Shown one piece after another: positions 9,058 to 16,626 of a DNA stretch of 64,000 nucleotides. Every line of letters starts with the position of its first letter. The stretch's first letter is position 1. The DNA lies in assembly GCA_963776625.1 (NCBI GenBank), contig CAVZNP010000004.1, positions 311,288 to 375,287 of the forward strand, in the 5' to 3' direction. A program made the position numbers and the translations under genes. The notes beneath the pieces were generated by a model. It was given only the letters and a program-made list of their open reading frames with translations. It searched no databases and was not told the origin of the DNA. The DNA comes from an uncultured Chloroflexia bacterium (lineage in GTDB: Bacteria > Chloroflexota > UBA6077 > CF-72).

Positions 9058-9663
9058 ATGGCCGAACCGAGTCCTGCTCTCGTCAAACGAGCGCAGGCCG
9101 GTGATCGAGAGGCACTGTCGGCACTGGTGCAGAGTCAACAAACGTACGTGTACAGCATCGCAATGAGCCTTATGCACAACCCAGCCGACGCGGCCGACAT
9201 GACCCAGGAAGCGTTCATTCGCTTGCTGCGGTCACTGGGCACCTACCGCGCGGAGACGAAGTTCACAACGTGGCTGTACCGACTGGTCACCAATATCTGT
9301 CTGGATGGTTTGCGCCGCCGCGGTCGACCCGTCGAATCACTCGACGAGCCAGCCAGCACGCGCGGCGGCGACGACGCACAATCCGCCGGCGATCGACTCG
9401 CCGACAACGACCGCTGGACACAGCCCGAGCAAGAGATCGCGCTGCGCGAATCAGCAACTGAGGTGCGTGCTGCACTCAATGCGCTGCCGGCAGCGCAGCG
9501 TCTCGCGCTGACGCTCCACTATTTCGAAGACATGCGCTACGAGGACATTGCGGAGGCAATGAACTTGCCGTTAAATACCGTGAAGAGCCATATTCGGCGC
9601 GGCAAGGAGCGTCTTGCGCTCGTGCTCAGTAATCCAGCCGAGGAACAGTCGTGGACTGCGTAG
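9058..9663 (+). CDS. ECF-family RNA polymerase sigma factor
   Basis: Region 2 (DMTQEAFIRLLRSLGTYR..FTTWLYRLVTNICLDGLRR) and region 4 (LPAAQRLALTLHYFEDMRYEDIAEAMNLPLNTVKSHIRRGKERL) are both present. Confidence 0.9.
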   Translation: MAEPSPALVKRAQAGDREALSALVQSQQTYVYSIAMSLMHNPADAADMTQEAFIRLLRSLGTYRAETKFTTWLYRLVTNICLDGLRRRGRPVESLDEPASTRGGDDAQSAGDRLADNDRWTQPEQEIALRESATEVRAALNALPAAQRLALTLHYFEDMRYEDIAEAMNLPLNTVKSHIRRGKERLALVLSNPAEEQSWTA

Positions 9664-10205
9664 ACGTTGCTGACAGACTTCTGGCAGACGAGCCCGGGCA
9701 CGATCCCGAGCTGGCCCAGCATGTCGACCGATGTGCGCCATGCGCTCGCATGGCGCGCGGGCTGAAGCGGCTGGATGTGGTCCTCACCTCGACGCTCGTC
9801 GTTCTGCCGCCTCCCGATTTGCAGCTGCGGTTGGAGCAGATCGCCCTCGAAGCCGCCAGACCCCTGGCGCGCCCCTGGTGGCAGCAAGTTCGCACCCTGG
9901 ATGTGAGCGGCTGGCTCAGCCAGCGGCCACAGATGATCGCCGTGCAAGGTCTGGTGGCGGTCATGCTAGCCCTGGCGAGCTGGCAGGTCTTCGGCTGGCT
10001 GACAACATTCCAGCCAGTAGTGGGCGACGTCGCGTACGCGATGGAGCTGGTCGCCAGCTCACCCGCGGTAGCGTATCTGGGCAATGTCTCGATCGACTTC
10101 CAGAGCCTGGGTCTGTGGCTCATGGTCGCTATGGTCGGCTGGCTGGTGTCGGAAAATGGCCTGCTAGGGCGCCGCCTGGCGGCGAGTGGCGTGCAGCTGC
10201 CCTGA
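9651..10205 (+). CDS. membrane anti-sigma factor (zf-HC2 type)
   Basis: The GTG start overlaps the sigma stop. An N-terminal H-x3-C-x2-C motif (HVDRCAPCARM) is followed by about 3 hydrophobic helices. Confidence 0.7.
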   Translation: MDCVDVADRLLADEPGHDPELAQHVDRCAPCARMARGLKRLDVVLTSTLVVLPPPDLQLRLEQIALEAARPLARPWWQQVRTLDVSGWLSQRPQMIAVQGLVAVMLALASWQVFGWLTTFQPVVGDVAYAMELVASSPAVAYLGNVSIDFQSLGLWLMVAMVGWLVSENGLLGRRLAASGVQLP

Positions 10206-11422
10206 GCGTCCGTTTCGAGATCACCCACCAGACGAGCGGCCCGGCTCGCGCAGGCGTGCTGCACACGCCGCACGGCGCCGTCGAAACACCGTTCTTTTGT
10301 GTCGTCGGCACGGCCGGCACGGTCAAGGGCGTCACACCCGAGGAGTTGCAGGCGCTCGGTGCCGGCGTCTTGCTGGCCAACACCTATCACCTGTTCCTGC
10401 GGCCCGGCGCCGAGGTGGTGGAGCAATTGGGCGGCCTGCACCGCTTTATGGGTTGGGACGGACCTATCGTGACCGACAGCGGTGGGTTTCAGGTGTTCTC
10501 ACTTGGTTCTGGGATCGAGCACGGCGTCGGCAAGCAGATCGGCATGTTTCCCGGCGAGGACACGCCACCCAGCGGGCGGCGACCCCGCGGCCAGGAGGCC
10601 AGACTGGTCCGCGTCGACGAGGACGGCGCCACGTTCACGTCGCACATCGACGGCTCGCGCCAACGCCTGACGCCCGAGATTTCTATCGCCACGCAGGAAG
10701 CCCTCGGTGCGGACATCGTCCTGGTCTTCGACGAACCGACGTCCCCGTTGCACGACGCGGCGTACACGCTGGCGGCGATGGAGCGCACCCATCGCTGGGC
10801 GACGCGCTGTCTGGCGGCGCGCACACGCTCGGACCAGGCGCTGTACGGCATCGTTCAGGGTGGCGCCTTCGAGGCACTACGTACCGCGAGTGCCGACTTT
10901 ATTGGAGGCTTGCCATTCGAAGGCGTCGCCATCGGCGGCTCGCTCGGCAAGTCCAAGGTCGACATGCACGCCGTGCTGGACTGGTCCTTTCCGCACCTGC
11001 CCGAGCACTGGCCGCGCCATTTGCTGGGCATCGGCGAGCCCGAGGATCTCTTTTCGTGCGTGGCGCGCGGGGTAGACCAGTTCGACTGCGTGGCGCCGAC
11101 GCGGCTGGGGCGCCACGGACAACTCTATACGCCGGCGGGCAAGCTGCTGGTCACCCGACCTGAGTACGCGCAGGATCCGGCGCCCATTGATGCCGCGTGT
11201 GGCTGTTACACGTGCCGCACGGGGTTCTCACGGGGCTATCTCCGGCATTTGTTCGCGGCCAACGAGCTGCTCGCCTACACGCTGGCCAGCCTGCACAACC
11301 TCCACTTCATTCTCGAGCTGATGCGCCGGATCCGCGAAGCCGTGCGGGGTGAGTACCTCTCGGAACTGGCAGACGCGTTTCTTTCGAAGTACCGGGTGGG
11401 CCCTCGTGGGGACAAGCGTTAG
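10202..11422 (+). CDS. tgt: tRNA-guanine transglycosylase (queuine tRNA-ribosyltransferase)
   Basis: Conserved segments include VRFEI..ARAGVLHTPHGAVETPFFCVVGTAGTVKG, LANTYHL, TDSGGFQVFSL and the zinc site CGCYTC..H. Homology begins at 10208. No ATG, GTG or TTG lies nearby, and the CTG at 10202 overlaps the upstream TGA. Confidence 0.85.
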   Translation: MSVRFEITHQTSGPARAGVLHTPHGAVETPFFCVVGTAGTVKGVTPEELQALGAGVLLANTYHLFLRPGAEVVEQLGGLHRFMGWDGPIVTDSGGFQVFSLGSGIEHGVGKQIGMFPGEDTPPSGRRPRGQEARLVRVDEDGATFTSHIDGSRQRLTPEISIATQEALGADIVLVFDEPTSPLHDAAYTLAAMERTHRWATRCLAARTRSDQALYGIVQGGAFEALRTASADFIGGLPFEGVAIGGSLGKSKVDMHAVLDWSFPHLPEHWPRHLLGIGEPEDLFSCVARGVDQFDCVAPTRLGRHGQLYTPAGKLLVTRPEYAQDPAPIDAACGCYTCRTGFSRGYLRHLFAANELLAYTLASLHNLHFILELMRRIREAVRGEYLSELADAFLSKYRVGPRGDKR

Positions 11423-12873
11423 CCGCCGGCAGAGGCGAAGGTTCGTCCGGGTTCGACCATCGCGACCGGGTCCAGAATCCGATCGAGATCCGTCTCCGAC
11501 AGCGGCGTCCGCTCGCGCGCCAGGTCCCGAATCGTCCGGCCTGAGGTGAAGGCCTCCTTGGCCAGCGCCGCGGCGGCGTCGTACCCAATCTCCGGCGCCA
11601 GCGCCGTCACCAGCATGAGGCCGGACTCGACGATGTCTGGCCCGCGCGAAGTCGCCTGCAGGCCCGCGACCAGGTTGTCGGCGAAATTGCGCGTGGCCGT
11701 CCCGAGGTAGCGGATCGAGGAGAGCAGGCTGCGCGCCGCGATTGGCAGCATCACGTTGAGCTCGAAGTTGCCGCTTTGCCCGGCGACCGAAATGGTGACG
11801 TCATTGCCGAGCACCATCGCGCAGACTTGCGTCAATGCTTCGGCAATGACCGGGTTCACTTTGCCGGGCATGATCGAGCTGCCCGGCTGGACCGCCGGCA
11901 CGTCCAACTCGCCGATGCCGGCGCGTGGGCCACTGCCCATCCAGCGGATGTCATTGGCCATTTTGAGCAGCGAGATTGCCACGGTTCGCACCGCGCCGCT
12001 GGCGGCAACGATGTTGTCGATCGTGCTCTGCGCCTGGAAGTGGTTCGTCGTCTCGCGCAGTCCAAGTCCGCTGCGCTGATTGATGTACTCGATCGTGCGG
12101 CGCGGGAACTCGGCGTGCATATTGATGCCGGTCCCGACAGCATTGCCGCCAAGCGCGACTTCGCGCAGCTCGTCGCTAGCTTGCTCCAAGCGGATAAGCG
12201 CGCGGTCCATCTGGCCCACGTAGCCCAGGAACTCCTGCCCCAGGCGGATGGGCGTCGCGTCCTGTAGATGCGTTCGACCCGTTTTGACAATGGGCCAGAA
12301 CTCACGGCTCTTGTCGGACAGCGTCTCGCGCAGACGCTCGACGGCGGGAATCAGGACCTCGCGCAGCTCGGCGAGGGCAGACAGGTGGATGGCCGTGGGG
12401 ATCACGTCATTCGACGACTGGCCGCGGTTGACATCGTCGTTGGGGTGGACCAGCGCGGCGCCCTCGGCCAGCACACCGCCGAGCAGCTCGGTCGCGCGGT
12501 GGGCGATGATCTCGTTGGCGTTGGTGTTTGTCGAGGTGCCGGAACCGGTCTGGAAGACGTCCAGCACGAACTGATCGTCGAAGACACCCGAGGGATCCGC
12601 GACTTCGTCGGCCGCGTCCGCGATGGCGTCCGCCTTGCTTGCCTCGAGCAGGCCCAGGTCGCGGTTGGCGCGAGCCGCCGCGGCCTTGATCGTTCCGAGC
12701 GCCCAGATAAAGCGACGGTCGAAGCGTTCGCCGCTGATCGGGAAGTTCTCGACGGCGCGCTGGGTAGAAGCTCCGTAGTAGGCACCCTCGGGGACTTCGA
12801 GGCGGCCCATCGAATCACGTTCGACACGCCGCGGCGGCACCGAGCGCCCGGGTCGGCGCGCGTTCGTTGTCAC
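11419..12873 (-). CDS. class II fumarate hydratase / aspartate ammonia-lyase family enzyme
   Basis: 484-aa ORF with the signature GSSIMPGKVNP and an N-terminus (RVERDSMGRLEVPEGAYYGASTQRAVENF) typical of the family. I cannot separate AspA from FumC by eye. Confidence 0.85.
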   Translation of the reverse strand: MTTNARRPGRSVPPRRVERDSMGRLEVPEGAYYGASTQRAVENFPISGERFDRRFIWALGTIKAAAARANRDLGLLEASKADAIADAADEVADPSGVFDDQFVLDVFQTGSGTSTNTNANEIIAHRATELLGGVLAEGAALVHPNDDVNRGQSSNDVIPTAIHLSALAELREVLIPAVERLRETLSDKSREFWPIVKTGRTHLQDATPIRLGQEFLGYVGQMDRALIRLEQASDELREVALGGNAVGTGINMHAEFPRRTIEYINQRSGLGLRETTNHFQAQSTIDNIVAASGAVRTVAISLLKMANDIRWMGSGPRAGIGELDVPAVQPGSSIMPGKVNPVIAEALTQVCAMVLGNDVTISVAGQSGNFELNVMLPIAARSLLSSIRYLGTATRNFADNLVAGLQATSRGPDIVESGLMLVTALAPEIGYDAAAALAKEAFTSGRTIRDLARERTPLSETDLDRILDPVAMVEPGRTFASAGG

Positions 12874-12964
12874 GATTTCAGTGTAGACAAAGTGCTCGCC
12901 GGCGACGCCTATCGCACACAGGTGATCTGGCGCCGGTTTGGCCGCGTACTATCGGCAGCCACCC

Positions 12965-13654
12965 ATGGGCGGTCTCGAGGCGTTTCTGGACACGTATGGC
13001 CTGGCCGCGGCGTGCCTGGTGATGTTGATCAAGGCAATCGGCATTCCGATTCCCATCCCGGGTGATGTCGTGCTGCTGGCGATGGCCGCCCGCGCGGCCG
13101 AAGGCAAGGTGCTGGTATGGGTGGCATTCGCGGGGCTGCTCGTGGCGATCACGCTTGGCGGCTGGCTGCAATTCACCCTCGCGCGTGGACCGGCACGGCA
13201 TGTCGTCATGCGTTACGGCGCGCGCCTCGGTCTGACGACCGAACGTCTGGACACCGTGGCGCGCCGCGTTCGTCAGGGCGGCCCACTGGCGATTGGCCTG
13301 GGCGTCCTCACGCCGGGGGTGCGTACCGCGGTCATACCGGCCTGCGGCCTGGCCAATGTGCCGCTCGGCATGTTTCTGCCGGGGTTGCTCCTCGGGACTG
13401 CCGTCGATCTGGCGCTGCATTTTGCCATTGGCTTCGCGGGCGCGAGTTTGCTCACGGTCTCACCTCTGGTCGTCCTCGGCGTGGTGGCTCTCGTCGGTCT
13501 GGGGGTGACGCTACTGCTCGCGCGCCGACGGCGGGCATCACGCGCCGCGGCGGTCACCGCGTGGACCGAGGCGACGTGTCCGGTGTGTCTGGCTCTCGAA
13601 GCGGTCGTCCCCGCGCGGCTTGACCCTGCGGTACGCTTGGAACGTGCGGCCTGA
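12965..13654 (+). CDS. DedA/SNARE-associated family membrane protein
   Basis: The N-terminus (LEAFLDTYGLAAACLVMLIKAIGIPIPIPGDVVLL) and multiple TM helices fit the family. ATG 12965 is preferred over the upstream TTG at 12938. Confidence 0.7.
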   Translation: MGGLEAFLDTYGLAAACLVMLIKAIGIPIPIPGDVVLLAMAARAAEGKVLVWVAFAGLLVAITLGGWLQFTLARGPARHVVMRYGARLGLTTERLDTVARRVRQGGPLAIGLGVLTPGVRTAVIPACGLANVPLGMFLPGLLLGTAVDLALHFAIGFAGASLLTVSPLVVLGVVALVGLGVTLLLARRRRASRAAAVTAWTEATCPVCLALEAVVPARLDPAVRLERAA

Positions 13655-13679
13655 GGCGACTGCGGGTGAAGACACCCGT

Positions 13680-14003
13680 GTGTGGGTCGGACGTGTCAGC
13701 AGCGGTCATGAAGCGGAGCACGAGCAATTCATCCAGTGGCTGAACGGCCCGGAAGCCGCGGACATTTTCCGCCGGCGCCGCCTGACGGAATACCAGTTGA
13801 CAGAACACGACGGCGACCTGACAGTGGTATTCAAAGCGCCGCACACGGGCGATCCACGCCTGCTAATCGACTTTCTGCGCTACCCGGGCATGTGGCCTGA
13901 CTACTGGGAGTTCGTCCGCGGGGGACGCGGCGAGGACGAACCCGCGGTTGAGTCGACCGTGCCTCACGGCACCGTCAGGGTCCACTGGCGCCGCGACCCA
14001 TGA
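13680..14003 (+). CDS. hypothetical small protein
   Basis: In-frame GTG at 13680 lies just after the DedA stop, and the ORF's stop overlaps the start of the next gene (ATGA). It has no recognisable motif. Confidence 0.35.
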   Translation: MWVGRVSSGHEAEHEQFIQWLNGPEAADIFRRRRLTEYQLTEHDGDLTVVFKAPHTGDPRLLIDFLRYPGMWPDYWEFVRGGRGEDEPAVESTVPHGTVRVHWRRDP

Positions 14004-15170
14004 TCCTCACGCCCGACCAGATCGCTCGCACGGTCGAGCAGCGGCGCGACTTTCATCAGCACCCCGAGCTGGCGCATCAGGAGCACCGCACGGCTGGCGT
14101 GATCGCCGAGCGTCTGCGGGCGCTGGGCCTGGACGAGGTGCGCAGCAGGGTGGGCCAGACCGGCGTCGTCGGCGTCCTGCGTGGGACGCGACCTGGTCGC
14201 TCGGTGCTGCTGCGCGCCGACATCGACGCGTTGCCGCTCACCGAGCTCGACCACGGTCAGGCCTATCGTTCGCGGAATGCGGGCGTGCATCACGCCTGCG
14301 GCCACGACGGCCACGCGGCCATCTTGCTGACCGTCGCCGAAGTCCTCGCGGCGCGCCGCGGCGATCTGCCTGGCAGCGTGCGGTTCGTGTTTCAGCCTGC
14401 CGAGGAGCGTGTCGACGGAGCAGCCGGGCATGCTGCGTGAAGGAGCGTTGGATCCGAAACCGGACGCCTGCTTCGGGCTGCACCTCTGGAATGAAGTCGA
14501 CGTCGGCCGCATCGACGTCCGACCGGGTCCCATCTATGCCTCCGCCGATGCCTTCACGATCGAGCTGACCGCCGGTGGTGGGCACGCCGCAATGCCGCAC
14601 CAGGTGGCCGACCCCGTGGTGGCGGCCGCTGAGCTGATTGTGGCGTTGCAGACGCTGGTCTCACGCGAGTCGCCACCCAGAGAGCCCGCGGTGTTGACGA
14701 TTGGCAGCATCCACGGCGGGACGGCGCCGAACATCATCCCGGCGCGTGTGGAGCTGCAGGGTACGCTGCGGGTGTTCTCGCCGGACCTGCGTGCCACACT
14801 GCTGAGACGCATCGACGACGTCGTGACTGGCATCGCGCGCACGCTGCGCGTGGAGGCGAAGCTGCAGATGTCCGAGTCCTGTGCGGCGTGCGTCAACGAC
14901 GTGGCGATGGCTGAGCTGGTGCAGCGAGTTGGCAGGCGCGAGCTTGGTGCCGGCAACGTGGACGATCGACAGCAAACGATGGGCGCCGACGACATGTCCG
15001 AGTTCCTGAACGCGGTGCCGGGGTGCTACTTTTTCGTGGGGGCGGCGAACACCGAGCGGGGTCTGAAGAGTCCGCACCACAGTCCCACGTTCGACTTTGA
15101 CGAGCGAGCGCTGGATATTGGAGTGCGCATGCTGACGAGTGTCGCGCTGGAATTCCTCGAGGCTGAGTGA
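14000..15170 (+). pseudogene. M20D-family amidohydrolase (N-acyl-amino-acid amidohydrolase/hippurate hydrolase-like), frame broken once as written
   Basis: Frame 1 gives FHQHPELAHQE..HACGHDGH..FVFQPAEE and stops at 14440. Frame +1 continues with MLREGALD..GGHAAMPH..GGTAPNIIP..SPTFDFDE. The junction is at about 14424-14429. Confidence 0.8.
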
Positions 15171-15174
15171 TCGG

Positions 15175-15816
15175 GTGTCTGAGACACAACGCGTTTTGCC
15201 ACTGTTTCCGCTAGAGCAGGTCGTGCTCTTCCCGGGTATGTCGCTGCCACTGCGCATCTTCGAAGAGCGCTACAAGGTGATGATCGGCGCCTGTCAGGTC
15301 ACCGACCAGCTATTCGGCGTCGTGCTGATCCACAGCGGCCGCGAGGTGGGCGATCCTGCCGAGCCAGAGCACGTCGGCTGCACGGCGCGCATGGTGCGCG
15401 TCGACCGCATTCCGGATGGACGCATGAACATCCTGACGGTGGGCGAGCAACGCTTTCGGCTGGTTGGTCCCGCACGAGCTATGCCCGAGGGCTATCTGGT
15501 GGGTGACGTCCAGATGCTCAACGAACCGAGCACCGCACCCGTCGAGTCGACGCTGGTGAGCGACGTCAGCCGCGAATTCACGCGCTACCAACAGGCGATT
15601 GTCGGGCTGACGGGGCGTGGAGATCCGGCGAGCGCGCCTGCGTTGCCTACCGACCCCGTGCGACTCTCGTATCACATTGCTGCCATGCTCTATGTCGATC
15701 CGCGCGAGCGGCAGAAGCTTCTCGAAATCGACGACGTCGCGCAGCGCCTGCGGCAAGAGCTGGCGCTCCTCAAGCGAGAGATGCCCAGAACGATCGGACC
15801 CTTCTCGCTCAACTGA
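15175..15816 (+). CDS. LON N-terminal (substrate-binding) domain protein
   Basis: LPLFPLEQVVLFPGMSLPLRIFEERYKVMI is the Lon N-domain signature. GTG 15175 lies just after the upstream stop. Confidence 0.8.
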   Translation: MSETQRVLPLFPLEQVVLFPGMSLPLRIFEERYKVMIGACQVTDQLFGVVLIHSGREVGDPAEPEHVGCTARMVRVDRIPDGRMNILTVGEQRFRLVGPARAMPEGYLVGDVQMLNEPSTAPVESTLVSDVSREFTRYQQAIVGLTGRGDPASAPALPTDPVRLSYHIAAMLYVDPRERQKLLEIDDVAQRLRQELALLKREMPRTIGPFSLN

Positions 15817-15818
15817 GC

Positions 15819-16616
15819 GTGCTCGTGTTACGGCCGGGCGCGCTCGGCGACACGCTGCTGGCCCTTCCCGCGCTGCGCGCGCTGCGTCGAGCGCTGGGGT
15901 CCATCACGCTGGCCGCCCAGCCTGCCGCCGCGCGACTGCTTCAGTCGGTCGGCGAGATCGATCGCGGACTGGCATTCGACGACCCGTCGCTCGCCTGGGT
16001 TTTCACGGGCCCGGCCCCGGCCGCCGTGGCCTCGGAGACCGTCGTGGCGTGGATGAGCGCTTCGCCAGCGGGCCTGCCGGCCAGCGCAGTGCAGGCCCCG
16101 TCACGCCCAGCGGCGACCACCGCCGGCGGCCAGCACTGCGCGCGCTATTTGCTGAACACGCTGGCGCCACTGGGGATCGACCTGGCGTGGGACGACCGAG
16201 TGCTGAATGTCGCGCCGCTGCGCTCTGAGGACGTGCTGGTCCACCCTGGCAGCGGCGCGGCCGCCAAGAATTGGCCTGCCGAGCACTTCGCCGCGGTGAT
16301 TCGTGCGCTGGATCGGCCGGTGCGCCTGATCGTGGGTGAGGCCGATGAAGAGGCCGCCGCCAGCATTGAGGCGTGTCTGGGCCGGCGCCTCGAGCGGCTC
16401 GAGCGCCCCCCACTGGAGGAGCTTGCGGCGCGGCTGGCGGGCTGCTGCGCGTATCTGGGCAACGACTCGGGCGTCAGCCACCTCGCGGGCCTGTGCGGCG
16501 CGCACGCCTTCGTCCTGTTCGGTCCGACCGACCCGCGTGTCTGGCGTCCTCTCGGCCCAGACGTCGCCGTGCTGCGGTTCGAAACGTCCCCGAGCGAGGT
16601 TGTACGGCGGCTTTAG
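15819..16616 (+). CDS. glycosyltransferase family 9 (heptosyltransferase-like), short form
   Basis: The N-terminus LVLRPGALGDTLLALPALRALR and the C-terminal YLGNDSGVSHLAG motif match GT9. Confidence 0.65.
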   Translation: MLVLRPGALGDTLLALPALRALRRALGSITLAAQPAAARLLQSVGEIDRGLAFDDPSLAWVFTGPAPAAVASETVVAWMSASPAGLPASAVQAPSRPAATTAGGQHCARYLLNTLAPLGIDLAWDDRVLNVAPLRSEDVLVHPGSGAAAKNWPAEHFAAVIRALDRPVRLIVGEADEEAAASIEACLGRRLERLERPPLEELAARLAGCCAYLGNDSGVSHLAGLCGAHAFVLFGPTDPRVWRPLGPDVAVLRFETSPSEVVRRL

Positions 16617-16626
16617 TGGTGTGGCT

